In this document: in pieces, positions 48,713 to 59,166 of the stretch
Layout of the letters: the number at the start of each line of letters is the position of its first letter
How positions within the stretch are numbered: the first letter of the stretch is position 1
Source: Fidelibacterota bacterium
GTDB taxonomy: Bacteria > Fidelibacterota > Fidelibacteria > Fidelibacterales > DSDE01
DNA: 64,000 nt
Direction of reading: 5' to 3'
Assembly (NCBI GenBank): GCA_046735395.1
Contig: JBJKQR010000012.1
Coordinates: 32,001-96,000, forward strand
The notes under the pieces: model-generated
Told to the model about the DNA's origin: nothing
Database searches by the model: none
The model's input: the letters and a program-made list of their open reading frames with translations, nothing else
Translations under genes and position numbers: made by a program

Positions 48713-51175
48713 ATGATGCAGAAAAACAAAACAGAAAACCGCCGCCAATCCGAAATCATCGGGATTCTTATTATGACCATCAGTGTTCTGGTGGCCATCA
48801 GTTTTGCATCCTATACACCCCGGGACGAACTCTTGATGGACAGGTATTTTCTGATCGAGAATGCCATGGGCATTATCGGTGTCTTTGTCAGCACCTATCT
48901 GATCAAGTTCGGATTCGGATATCTCAGCTGGGGTTTGCTGATCATCTCCGGAGCCTGGGGATGGTGGATATTCTCCGGCCGCGACAAGAAGGCTCTGATA
49001 CGTTTTTCTGTTTATCTGTTGATGACGATTTATGTCGTTTCGGTTCTCTTCAGTATTCCGGCAGTTCAGCGACGACTTTTTCTGCCGCTGGGGTACGTGG
49101 CCGGTGGAATGATCGGCGGTACGACCGCGGATCTTCTGCAGGACTGGATCGGGAAAATTCCGGCCACCATTTTAATGGCGGTCTTTCTGTTGATTCTGCT
49201 GTTTTCCTACCTGCGCATATCCATGTTCAGTCCGGTGGAATTCTTGCAGGAAACCTGGCGGGGCCTTCTCTACAGATTTGAATACCGACTGAGGACCTGG
49301 AGACGGAATCACGGGGCGAAAACAGAGGACGAAAAGCCTGAAAAACCGGGGAAGCGGAAACCGCAGGCTGCTGAACCGCAGCCGCTTATGGCTGTTCCAT
49401 CCCTGGCCGCTACAGACAGTGAACCGGAGGCGATATCCGATCCGGATCTGCTGAGTTTCGGTTCCGATGAAGAAGACCCGGCTTCTGCAGCGGATGAATC
49501 CGTTCCCGAATCGGAACTGAGACATGATGAGCCTGACATTCCAGCGGAGACCGCTCCGGACGAAACACATGAGGAAACTCCCGGTGAGTCGGAGAGCGAA
49601 AATTTTGAAGTCTCGGAAAAGCTGACTGATGATGATATCAATTATGATGAGACGAGTCAGATTGAGCAGAGGCCCGAATATAAACTCCCCAGTGTGGATC
49701 TTCTGAATAACCCTGCAGAATCGCAGGAAGTGGATCCGGAAGAATTGGCTGAAAATGCGAAAATTCTCACCCAGACACTGATGGATTTCGGTGTGAGCGG
49801 CAAAGTGACACGCGTTGTACCGGGGCCTGTGGTTACATTGTATGAAGTGGAGCCGGCCACGGGTGTACGGGTAAACCGGATTTCAGTGCTGGCTGATGAT
49901 ATTGCCCGGGTGATGTCCGCCAAGCGCATCCGAATCATCGCACCCATACCCGGGAAAAATGTGGTCGGCGTGGAAATTCCCAACAAGCGTCCTGAAATTG
50001 TATATTTCAAGTCCATCGTTAATTCGGAAATATTTTCGAAAGGTTCGTCAGTCCTGTCCATAGCTCTCGGGAAAATGGTCAATGGCCAGCCTTTTATCTT
50101 TGATCTGGACCGGATGCCTCACCTGCTCATCGCCGGAACCACCGGATCCGGAAAATCGGTCTGTATCAATACTCTCATCATGTCCATCCTGTACCGGGCC
50201 AAACCGGATGAAGTAAAATTCATCATGGTGGATCCGAAAAAGCTCGAATTGTCCATTTACAAGGCGCTGGTCAATTATCACCTGATCACCAGTGAAGATA
50301 TTGATGAATATGTGATTACATCTCCGTCCAATGCCGTCCTGGCTCTCCGTTCCGCCGAGGTTGAGATGGAACGGCGCTATACGGTTCTGTCCGAGGCGAA
50401 GGTCCGGAACATCGGTGAATACAATCAGAGGGCGGAGCAGTCCGGTGAGTACAGGCCTTTGCCCTATATTGTGGTGATTATCGATGAGCTTGCCGATCTG
50501 ATGATCACTGCGAGCCGGGAGATAGAGGAACCCATCGCCAGACTGGCCCAGATGGCCCGTGCCGTCGGTATTCATCTGGTTGTGGCCACACAGAGGCCCA
50601 GTGTGGATGTCATTACCGGTGTCATCCGCTCAAATTTTCCTGCCCGCATCGCCTTCCAGGTTCCGACGAAAATAGACAGCCGTACCATTCTGGATACGGG
50701 GGGCGCAGAGAAGCTGCTCGGGAAGGGGGACATGCTCTTCCTGTCACCCGGCACCTCCGAACCGGTTCGCGTGCATAATTCCTATGTGGTGCTGGAAGAA
50801 ATCGAAGCAGTTCTGGATCATATTTCCGGCCAGAGTTCAGACGCCGAGGAATTTGTTCTGCCATCGTCACAGACAGCTGAGGATAATTCCGATTCGGATG
50901 ATTTCAGCGACAACAGCCAGCGGGATTCGCTTTTTGACGAAGCGCTCCGTCTCGTAGTTCAGCATCAGCAGGGAAGTATATCTCTGGTACAGAGGCGTCT
51001 GCGGGTCGGATACAGCAGAGCCGCCCGCCTCATTGATGAACTGGAACATGCCGGAATCGTGGGCCCCTTTACAGGCTCCAAGGCCCGGGAAGTACTGGTG
51101 GGTCCTGAATACATTGACCATATAGACAGTTATAACCGACCTGAAATAGGATTGTCCGAAGAGGACGAGGACTGA
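48713..51175 (+). CDS. ftsK: DNA translocase FtsK
   Basis: N-terminal TM domain, acidic linker, GPVVTLYE, PHLLIAGTTGSGKS, IDELADLM, ATQRPSVDV, gamma domain QRRLRVGYSRAAR. Confidence 0.96.
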   Translation: MMQKNKTENRRQSEIIGILIMTISVLVAISFASYTPRDELLMDRYFLIENAMGIIGVFVSTYLIKFGFGYLSWGLLIISGAWGWWIFSGRDKKALIRFSVYLLMTIYVVSVLFSIPAVQRRLFLPLGYVAGGMIGGTTADLLQDWIGKIPATILMAVFLLILLFSYLRISMFSPVEFLQETWRGLLYRFEYRLRTWRRNHGAKTEDEKPEKPGKRKPQAAEPQPLMAVPSLAATDSEPEAISDPDLLSFGSDEEDPASAADESVPESELRHDEPDIPAETAPDETHEETPGESESENFEVSEKLTDDDINYDETSQIEQRPEYKLPSVDLLNNPAESQEVDPEELAENAKILTQTLMDFGVSGKVTRVVPGPVVTLYEVEPATGVRVNRISVLADDIARVMSAKRIRIIAPIPGKNVVGVEIPNKRPEIVYFKSIVNSEIFSKGSSVLSIALGKMVNGQPFIFDLDRMPHLLIAGTTGSGKSVCINTLIMSILYRAKPDEVKFIMVDPKKLELSIYKALVNYHLITSEDIDEYVITSPSNAVLALRSAEVEMERRYTVLSEAKVRNIGEYNQRAEQSGEYRPLPYIVVIIDELADLMITASREIEEPIARLAQMARAVGIHLVVATQRPSVDVITGVIRSNFPARIAFQVPTKIDSRTILDTGGAEKLLGKGDMLFLSPGTSEPVRVHNSYVVLEEIEAVLDHISGQSSDAEEFVLPSSQTAEDNSDSDDFSDNSQRDSLFDEALRLVVQHQQGSISLVQRRLRVGYSRAARLIDELEHAGIVGPFTGSKAREVLVGPEYIDHIDSYNRPEIGLSEEDED

Positions 51176-51199
51176 TTCCCCACACCGGGACTCTTCTTC

Positions 51200-54100
51200 A
51201 TGATATCGCAGAAGAAAATAATCATTCGATCTCTTGTTTTACTTGCCGCTCTCCTGGCTTCCGGCCTGATCGCGCAGGATATTCCCGGAAATGCGGATGC
51301 CGAGAACGCCAATTCAGCTATTTTTACTCTTTTTAACCAAACAGGAAACAATCTGACGTCCAATTTTATTACGGGAATCTGTGAAGATAGTCTGGGGCGA
51401 TTGATTATCGGCACGGGAAAAGGGATGAATTTTTATAACGGCTATGAATTCTATACCGTACCTGTTCCCGGAGACAGTAATAATATCATGACCACAACCA
51501 TTAGCGGAATGGTGATGGATAAAAAGGGTTTCATCTATTTCGGAAGCATGCTCAATGGCCTTTTTCGTTATGATCCGGCCCGGAACTCTCTGAAGAACAT
51601 CCATATCTATCATAATCCCAATTTTCATAAAGACGATCTGATGGCGAGATTCAGTCAGCGAATACAATCACTCCTGTATCTGCCGGAAGACAGAATTATT
51701 TTCAGTTATTTTCACCAGAATGGATTTTTCACTCTCGATACAAGAACAGGTCATATCACTGAGTCGGCTGTCGGAAATGAAAGGGTTATCAATCGCATTG
51801 TTCAGGGGAGCGGAGATGATATTCTGATCATATGTACAGATGGATCCGTATTCCGATACGATTTCACTACAAATGCAATATCGTCGGTTGATTTACCGGA
51901 GCTGTGCAATAACTGCAGGATCAGCACTGCTTTCGTGGATTCCCGGAAAAACATTTGGTTCGCAACTGCAAATAACGGGTTGTTCAAAGTTAACGGCAAT
52001 ACGGTGGAATCTTTTCCGATGGACAGTGATAAAAACAGAGATATATACTACAGATCTTTTCTGGAAGATAAATTTCATAATATCTGGATCGGAACGAGTG
52101 AGGGGCTGTATCGCTACAATTCAGACGAGAGCTGGACACATTTTCAGTATCAGGGGAATACGGGCTTCAGTCTGCCCGTTGAAAATATCTGGTACCTCTT
52201 TATTGATTCCTCAAATTATCTCTGGATCGGAACGGATCACGGACTGGTAAGAATGATTACAGCGACGAATCTTGCGGGATACAAGGTTTTCCATGCAGAT
52301 AAAACTCATCAGACTGATGTTACCTGCATGACGCAATTGAATACGAACCGATTTCTCCTTGGTACGAATAACAGCGGCCTGCAGATCTTTGATAATCGTG
52401 ATGTATCGATAAAACCGCTAATGTGGGCGAATATGGACAGCGTTCTGAAGACGGGAAATGTGAGGAACTGTGTCCAATCCAATAATTATATTTACACAGT
52501 TTTCGCACACCATGGCCTGTTTGAAGCGATGTTGAACGATTCCGAAGATCTGACCTTTCATCCCCTGAGTGTTCCCGGTTATAGCGGCGAAAGTAAATTA
52601 CCTATGTTCCACAATCTGGGGGTTGACAGCAGGGGAAATGTCTGGATCTCCCTGCTTCGGGAAAACTCTATTCTGTATTTTGACCCGGTACACAGACAGT
52701 TTCATAATGTTTCTTTTCCGGACAGCATGCGTCAGAAAAATAGTTTTATAGTGCAGAAATTCTTCAACGACCGGGACGGAAACCTGTGGCTGGGAACCCG
52801 AAACGGCCTGTATGAATGGAATGGCCGGGAGATCATCGGACATCACAGTCAGATGGAAGACGGACGAAATTTCATAACTGGAATTCATCAGGATTCACAC
52901 GGAGATATCTGGTATTCCGATCAAATGGAAGGCTTGAATACGATCGGAGATGACGGGGCTGTGAAAACCATTATTGCCAATCATAAAAAGGAATGGATTT
53001 TTGATTTTGAGCTGGATGAAAATGACAATGTGATCTGGTATACACAGCAGAAACATGGCCTGGGACGCTATGATATGGATCTGGGAACTACTTCTTTTCT
53101 GGGTTTGAATCAGGGATTGGCCGGAAATAATTATTACAGCCTTTTCTTTATTGATCCCTATGAAATCCTTCTTTTTGGAAATCAGGGCCTGAGTGCATAT
53201 AACACGCTGACCGATCAGATCCTCAATTATACCAACGATCAGGGTTTCCGATTCTCCATCACGGTGGGGGCCACCTTTGTTAAAAAGAATGATAATTTGT
53301 TATTTGGTGGTCGGGACAATATTTTTTCCATTTCTCCCGAAGATCTGGTTCCGGAGATTCCTCACAAATCCGTATTATTCAAATCTGTTTTCATAAATAA
53401 CAGGGAAGTCTTCTCCGGAAGCAGAAACGAGCATCATCAGCAGTACTTTTCGAAGAATCTGAACAGTAAACCTGTTATAAACATGTGGAGTGAGGATAAG
53501 ATTATCAGTTTTGATTATTATTATATCGATCTGGTAAACGCGGACCAGACAAAGTATGCCATTAAACTTCTGAATGTGGATAATGACTGGCAGTACGTCG
53601 GGCACAAGCGAAGTGCCAGCTACGCTTTTCTGCCTCCGGGGAAATATGAGCTTCAGGTGATAGCGGCGTCCGCCAAGGGACTGTGGACACCCGAAACTGC
53701 GAGCCTTCAGATTTGGGTTCATCCGTCATTCTGGCAGACACGAACTCCTAAAGTATTGGGAATTTTGCTGTTATTGCTTCTGCTTTCGCTTTTTTGGTCT
53801 CTGCGAATTCGCCGGATCCGGGAACGGAACGCCTTTCTTCAGGAACACAATAAAAGTCTGGAAGAGGAAATCGAGAAACGAAAAACCATTGAAAAGGAAA
53901 TTCGCAAACTCAGTACGGCTGTGGAGCAGTCACTGGAATCCATTGTGATTACCGACCTGTCAGGAACTGTGGAATATGTCAATCCGGCTTTTTTGATAAC
54001 CGCAGGAATTAAATTGGATGACTGCCTGGGTTGGCCAATCGGGAAATTGCTCGGAAATGACTATTCCGATAAAACGATGGCTTTTAAAATATACAAGGCT

Positions 54101-54994
54101 TCAATATCTGCAGATAAAAATACCATTTTTGAATATCAGCGCGCTGATGGAAATGTACTCCGGCTGATTGAAACAGTCTCTCCCATTTCCATCGAAGAAA
54201 AGGTTGAGAAAGTACTTTATATTTTTCACGATATCACCCAAATAACCAAGATGGAAAAGGAACTGGAACTGTCCAGAAAGATGCGCGCAGTCGGAACCCT
54301 TGCCAGCGGAATCGCTCACGATCTGAATAATATACTGGCATCCATCAGGCTGAATGCCGACCTCATCGCCCGTGCCACTGATTTTTCCGAAGAATCACAA
54401 CTGGATATGAATGAACTGGTCGACTCGACGAACAAGGCGAAGAATATCGTTCGCCAGATTGTTGAATTTTCCAGACAGGAACCGGCATCCCTTCTGCCCA
54501 TTAACCTCAGTGAAGTTCTGGAGGAAAATTCACGCGTGCTCCAGTCCATAGCCCGTGACGGGATTGATTTCCAGCTCTCTGTGGAGAAGGAGATGTATAT
54601 ACTGGGTGATAAAACGAAGCTTTTTCAGATTATGATCAATCTGGTGACCAATGCGGTGGATGCCATTGAAGGCAAGGGCGTGATACAGATCATCCTGAAA
54701 CAGCAGTTACTTCGGGATGAAGATCTGGCCGCCTATCCCGGCAAACAGCCTGGTCAGTATTGTGTTCTGTCGGTACAGGACAGCGGTTGTGGCATTTCAC
54801 GGGAACATATCAACCAGATTTTCGATCCCTTTTTCACCACAAAGCAGGTGGGGAAGGGAACAGGCCTCGGTCTGTCCATTATTCGGTCAATTATAGAGAA
54901 TTTCAAGGGTATTATTACGGTGGACAGCAACCCGGGGCAGGGAACTGTCTTTACTCTCATCTTTCCTCATTATCTATCTGAACGCAAAAGCTGA
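51200..54994 (+). CDS. Sensor histidine kinase with periplasmic beta-propeller/Y_Y_Y region, TM, PAS, HisKA, HATPase
   Basis: Repeated D..GNIWIGT-type blades, ASYAFLPPGKYELQV, P.FWQT, LASGIAHDLNNIL, FTTK.VGKGTGLGL. Confidence 0.9.
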   Translation: MISQKKIIIRSLVLLAALLASGLIAQDIPGNADAENANSAIFTLFNQTGNNLTSNFITGICEDSLGRLIIGTGKGMNFYNGYEFYTVPVPGDSNNIMTTTISGMVMDKKGFIYFGSMLNGLFRYDPARNSLKNIHIYHNPNFHKDDLMARFSQRIQSLLYLPEDRIIFSYFHQNGFFTLDTRTGHITESAVGNERVINRIVQGSGDDILIICTDGSVFRYDFTTNAISSVDLPELCNNCRISTAFVDSRKNIWFATANNGLFKVNGNTVESFPMDSDKNRDIYYRSFLEDKFHNIWIGTSEGLYRYNSDESWTHFQYQGNTGFSLPVENIWYLFIDSSNYLWIGTDHGLVRMITATNLAGYKVFHADKTHQTDVTCMTQLNTNRFLLGTNNSGLQIFDNRDVSIKPLMWANMDSVLKTGNVRNCVQSNNYIYTVFAHHGLFEAMLNDSEDLTFHPLSVPGYSGESKLPMFHNLGVDSRGNVWISLLRENSILYFDPVHRQFHNVSFPDSMRQKNSFIVQKFFNDRDGNLWLGTRNGLYEWNGREIIGHHSQMEDGRNFITGIHQDSHGDIWYSDQMEGLNTIGDDGAVKTIIANHKKEWIFDFELDENDNVIWYTQQKHGLGRYDMDLGTTSFLGLNQGLAGNNYYSLFFIDPYEILLFGNQGLSAYNTLTDQILNYTNDQGFRFSITVGATFVKKNDNLLFGGRDNIFSISPEDLVPEIPHKSVLFKSVFINNREVFSGSRNEHHQQYFSKNLNSKPVINMWSEDKIISFDYYYIDLVNADQTKYAIKLLNVDNDWQYVGHKRSASYAFLPPGKYELQVIAASAKGLWTPETASLQIWVHPSFWQTRTPKVLGILLLLLLLSLFWSLRIRRIRERNAFLQEHNKSLEEEIEKRKTIEKEIRKLSTAVEQSLESIVITDLSGTVEYVNPAFLITAGIKLDDCLGWPIGKLLGNDYSDKTMAFKIYKASISADKNTIFEYQRADGNVLRLIETVSPISIEEKVEKVLYIFHDITQITKMEKELELSRKMRAVGTLASGIAHDLNNILASIRLNADLIARATDFSEESQLDMNELVDSTNKAKNIVRQIVEFSRQEPASLLPINLSEVLEENSRVLQSIARDGIDFQLSVEKEMYILGDKTKLFQIMINLVTNAVDAIEGKGVIQIILKQQLLRDEDLAAYPGKQPGQYCVLSVQDSGCGISREHINQIFDPFFTTKQVGKGTGLGLSIIRSIIENFKGIITVDSNPGQGTVFTLIFPHYLSERKS

Positions 54995-55022
54995 TATAAG
55001 TCGCTGATGATTCACCGGCAAA

Positions 55023-55047
55023 GACTGTCTGAATTCTTCAGACCGTC
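55023..55047. terminator. Hairpin between convergent genes
   Basis: GACTGTCTGAA-TTC-TTCAGACCGTC, 10 of 11 positions paired. Confidence 0.4.
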
Positions 55048-55058
55048 GGAACTGCGGA

Positions 55059-56969
55059 TCAGGACCAGAGAATCAATTGGATCATCGAGATATTTTCTAT
55101 GAGATGTTCCCGATGACGGGCAAGTTCGCTCTGATCCAGCAGAAAAATGTCGGCCGAATCGCCGTGCCGGGTTCCAAACAGCCGGTAGGTGCCATTTTCG
55201 GTGCTGAGAATTTTATCACAGACACAATCAGGATTCTCTTCAAATAAATCATTCAGAGTCAGAGCCGAATCTCCGGAGAAACAGCTGAACAGGGATTTAC
55301 CTCCGTTTGCGATATCCTGAAAGTCGGATATCATCTTACCGGAATGGCTGAGCACGTGCCCGTTGCCATCCACTCTGAAAAACAGGGACTGGGTACCGAG
55401 AAGCTTGTCCACAGCAGACTTCTGTTCACTGATGAGAACCCGTTCGATATGCTTTCTCTGGCTGATATCATTGAAGCTGCCCTGGATTCCTTCCAGTTTT
55501 CCCTTGTTGTAGAATTGAGACATTTTGATTTCACACCAGCCTTCGCTGCCGTCTTTCCGGAAAAATTTGGCCTGATAGAGAATCGGCGCCGTCATGCCCC
55601 GATTTTCCTCCAGTAGCGAATCAAACTGTTTTTTCAGTTTGTCAGTGGTTGTTGCCTCAAATAATTTATTGACATCGTTTTCGATAAAATAATCAGGTTC
55701 ATACCCTGTCATGGAAAATACGGAGGGGGAAACAAAGGTGAAATTCCTGTTGAAATCCGCCGTCCAGATCACATCTCGTGTGTTTTCTGATATGAGCCGG
55801 TATTTTCGCTCGCTTCGTTCCAGTTCAATTTCCGCAGTCTTCTGATCCGTGATATCGGTGGTGGCGGTGATGATTTGTCGGAAACCTGTCGGGAGATAAT
55901 CCACGACCATATCGCTTCGCAGCCAGCGAATGCTTTTATCTGCATGAATAATGCGGAATTCAAAAGAGACGGCTTCGTCAAACGCGCTGTTGAAGTTTTC
56001 GAAGTGTTCGGCGACAAAGGCGATGTCATCCTTATAAACGATATTCAGAATGGATTTGGGATCATTATTGAAAAATTCCTTCGGATACCCGGTTACCTGT
56101 TCAACAACCGGAGACATATAGCTGAACAGTTCCTGCCCGTTTTCATACATCTTCTTGCTCCAGATATAACTGGGCTGGTAGTTCAGCATTTTCTTGAATT
56201 CTTCCAGCCGGTACTCCAGATTCTGAATCATGTCCCTGTATTTACCCATATCACGGATAGTAATGATAATACGGTCCATTTTTGATTCACCCCGCGTCAT
56301 CAGAGCCATATGCGTATCACCGATAAAACGGTCTCCGATCTTGGGAACGAAGGTCGTTTCGGAACGCAGGTAACCCGTCTGGTCGGCTAGGGAATTCAGC
56401 TGTTTCTGAAATCCCTCCTTGTCGCGCATGCTGATGAAATCGTAAATACTTTTATTCAACAGATCCGAGTTGATACGGGTTCCGAGAATCTTCAGGGACT
56501 GCCGGGAAAAATCCTTGATCGTACCGTCCGTTCCCAGAATGAGTACGGAATCGGGAAGAATCTCCATAAGGGAGTGATAGACATCGATGGAATATCTGAC
56601 ATTTTCACTCATGATGAATGAATTCTGAATGAGGACACCCAGTATGTGGCGGGTTTTGGCATCAATCAGGATGGGGCGCAGAAAAAGCGTGAATGCGGTG
56701 ATTTCGGCACTTGTTCCGGTGTTTTCCGTCTGATCCTTTTCGTTATGGCCTTCAAGAACCCGTTTGAAGACGCTTTCTGCCGATCTGCCGGATTTCAGGG
56801 GAAATATCCGGTCAACAGGCAGGATCTGATCCGGATCAGCAGTCAGCCCGAATCGCTGTTCAAAGGATGCATTGCAGCGGATGAGCCTGTATTTTTCATC
56901 CAGATTGAAGACCAGCTGGCCCGGTAGTGCGTTCATGAATTGCTGTAACAGATCAGGGTTTTCAGTCAT
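55059..56969 (-). CDS. Multi-PAS domain protein with no recognisable output domain
   Basis: Several PAS/PAC signatures (YMSPVVEQVTGY, DITDQK, FVSPSVFSMTGY, RKDGS, DISQRK). Confidence 0.75.
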   Translation of the reverse strand: MTENPDLLQQFMNALPGQLVFNLDEKYRLIRCNASFEQRFGLTADPDQILPVDRIFPLKSGRSAESVFKRVLEGHNEKDQTENTGTSAEITAFTLFLRPILIDAKTRHILGVLIQNSFIMSENVRYSIDVYHSLMEILPDSVLILGTDGTIKDFSRQSLKILGTRINSDLLNKSIYDFISMRDKEGFQKQLNSLADQTGYLRSETTFVPKIGDRFIGDTHMALMTRGESKMDRIIITIRDMGKYRDMIQNLEYRLEEFKKMLNYQPSYIWSKKMYENGQELFSYMSPVVEQVTGYPKEFFNNDPKSILNIVYKDDIAFVAEHFENFNSAFDEAVSFEFRIIHADKSIRWLRSDMVVDYLPTGFRQIITATTDITDQKTAEIELERSERKYRLISENTRDVIWTADFNRNFTFVSPSVFSMTGYEPDYFIENDVNKLFEATTTDKLKKQFDSLLEENRGMTAPILYQAKFFRKDGSEGWCEIKMSQFYNKGKLEGIQGSFNDISQRKHIERVLISEQKSAVDKLLGTQSLFFRVDGNGHVLSHSGKMISDFQDIANGGKSLFSCFSGDSALTLNDLFEENPDCVCDKILSTENGTYRLFGTRHGDSADIFLLDQSELARHREHLIENISMIQLILWS

Positions 56970-57127
56970 CTTTTTTCCCTCCAGAGCAGCACATCTGTAT
57001 GCCTTGTGTTGATACCCTGCGAATATACGGAAAAATCCCGCTGAATTCGCAGCGAAAATTCGGAATTCCCGGAATTATGCGGATCCGGCCCCGGCCTGTT
57101 TGAAATTGTATTCAGTACCTTCATTTT

Positions 57128-57688
57128 TCAGTTCAGGAGATAACCGTACTGGCGCATGAGGGGGCGGAACCGGCGGGCGGGATGTCCGAGAATACGGCTC
57201 AGTTCTTCCCAGAATTGGGGGCCATGGTTGAGATGCCGGGTATGACAGAGCTCATGCAGGATGACGTAATCCATGAGATCTTCGGGCAGATAAATCAGTT
57301 TGGCGTTCAATGACAGGTTGCCTTTGGAAGAGCAGCTGCCCCAGCGGGTCTTCTGAGTTCGTATTGTTATCTGGCGGTATTCAAACTGATGCTGCTCTGC
57401 CAGCGTCCGGCAGCGATTCCGGATTCGATCTCCGGCCTCGCGGATATCATCCGGGCTCATTCGGGGTGTCGCTACGGGTTTCTGTGCTCGTTCACGGATT
57501 TTCCGTGCAAAGAAATCCCGGTTTGCCAGAAGCACGGATTCAACCTGTGACAGGCGTATCCGCGGCGGATAGCTGACCAGCAGCGCCCGACCTTCCAGGC
57601 GGATGCGGATATGCTTATTTCTGCGTCTGCACCGGTACTCCACGAGACCCAGATCTTCATATTCCTTCGTATCGCAGCGAAGGATCAT
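57128..57688 (-). CDS. YgjP/DUF45-like metal-dependent hydrolase
   Basis: KTRWGSCS, LSLN, YVILHELCH, NHGPQFW. Confidence 0.88.
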   Translation of the reverse strand: MILRCDTKEYEDLGLVEYRCRRRNKHIRIRLEGRALLVSYPPRIRLSQVESVLLANRDFFARKIRERAQKPVATPRMSPDDIREAGDRIRNRCRTLAEQHQFEYRQITIRTQKTRWGSCSSKGNLSLNAKLIYLPEDLMDYVILHELCHTRHLNHGPQFWEELSRILGHPARRFRPLMRQYGYLLN

Positions 57689-58365
57689 CCTTTGGCTCCG
57701 CTTTTGGCCAGGGCATCCACTTTTTCATTCCAGAGATTGCCTGTGTGGGCCGGCACCTTGACCCAGTCGATCTTCAGGCCGGACAGATTGGCCATGAAAT
57801 CCCGGTAGGCTGCCGTGACCGGGTTTTTTGCCTGCCAGGATCGGTTCGCCCAGTTGCGGATTCCCAGATAATCAAAATGAATGGAAACGTGCACCAGGCC
57901 CCGAGATCTGCACCATTTGACAGCTTCCATCGCGGCCTTCAGTTCACCGCTGATCTGTCTGAGCGGAAGCAGCTTCTCATCCGTCAGGGAGCCGGAAAGT
58001 TCCTGAATGCATGTGCCGTTCTCCAGAACTAAAAGGCCCCAGCCGATGCGGTTGTCCATAAAGGATCCGTCAATATATATTTCATATCCCTGCCGATGTG
58101 TTTCCCGGCCTTCATAAATGGCGTAGAGCTCACCTTCATACGTCTTAACAGTGAGTTCATGGAAACGGGGTGAAAATGATTTTTTACTGGGTTTGTAGTA
58201 CAGCACCACTTTCCCGAGTTTGAGGCCATCATGACTGACATGAAGCTTGACGGAATAATCGCGGTAGGAATCGGGATCGATACGGGCTTCAAACCCGGCA
58301 TTATGAAGCCGGGATCCGTATTTCTCAGCGGCGTTCTGCAATTCGTTATAATAGGGACTGGTCAT
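57685..58365 (-). CDS. Ribonuclease H (type I) with N-terminal extension
   Basis: YIDGS, GELKAA, DYLG, WVKVPAHTG..WNEKVDALAK (DEDD acidic set). Confidence 0.85.
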   Translation of the reverse strand: MTSPYYNELQNAAEKYGSRLHNAGFEARIDPDSYRDYSVKLHVSHDGLKLGKVVLYYKPSKKSFSPRFHELTVKTYEGELYAIYEGRETHRQGYEIYIDGSFMDNRIGWGLLVLENGTCIQELSGSLTDEKLLPLRQISGELKAAMEAVKWCRSRGLVHVSIHFDYLGIRNWANRSWQAKNPVTAAYRDFMANLSGLKIDWVKVPAHTGNLWNEKVDALAKSGAKG

Positions 58366-58491
58366 ATATCTCCGTTTGATCTTTTGACAAAGTTATCAAA
58401 ATCGTGACATTAATTCCGATAAAAAAAGTTCAGAAATAAAAAACGGGTCTTTTCATGCGGACTCTCTCGGCAATTTCCTGTAAACTACAGC

Positions 58492-59166
58492 ATGTTTCAA
58501 TTATCTGATCACATTTTGTTCGAGGACAATCATCTGCTGGTTGTCAATAAGCCGGCGGGCCTTCCGGTACAGAAGGATGCGAGCGGTGACCGATGTCTGA
58601 CGGATTATGCGGAAGAGTATCTGCGAATCCGCTATGAAAAGCCGGGGCGCGTGTACCTGGGCCTGGTTCATAGGCTGGACCGGCCGGTATCCGGAGTGAT
58701 CGTAGTGGCCAGGACCTCAAAGGCCGCCGAACGCCTGAGCCGGCAGTTCGCGGATCATCAAAATGAAAAAATATATCTGGCCTGGGTGGATGGGATCGTC
58801 CCTCCGGCATTTGATCTGGAGAATTACCTGCTTCGTGACGGAAAACGCTGCATCGTCGGCAGGGAAGAGGAGGGGGGCAAATTCGCCCGGCTGCATGCAC
58901 AACGGATCGAAATACGTGGCTCACTGAGTCTGGTTCGGATCAGGCTGGAAACCGGCCGGCATCATCAGATTCGCTGCCAGTTCGCCCATGCAGGATTTCC
59001 TGTGGCCGGGGATGGCTTTTATGGTTCACAGATCCGTTTCCGGAAGGGAAAAATTGCCCTTCATGCCTATATACTCCGACTGGAGCATCCGGTTAAGAAG
59101 GAAACTCTTGAATTGACGGTTCCGCCTGACTGGAGCGGAAACTATGCTGTTTCAGTGACAGAATGA
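58492..59166 (+). CDS. RluA-family RNA pseudouridine synthase
   Basis: VNKPAG, VHRLDRPVSG, LETGRHHQIR, GD.FYG, LHA. Confidence 0.92.
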   Translation: MFQLSDHILFEDNHLLVVNKPAGLPVQKDASGDRCLTDYAEEYLRIRYEKPGRVYLGLVHRLDRPVSGVIVVARTSKAAERLSRQFADHQNEKIYLAWVDGIVPPAFDLENYLLRDGKRCIVGREEEGGKFARLHAQRIEIRGSLSLVRIRLETGRHHQIRCQFAHAGFPVAGDGFYGSQIRFRKGKIALHAYILRLEHPVKKETLELTVPPDWSGNYAVSVTE

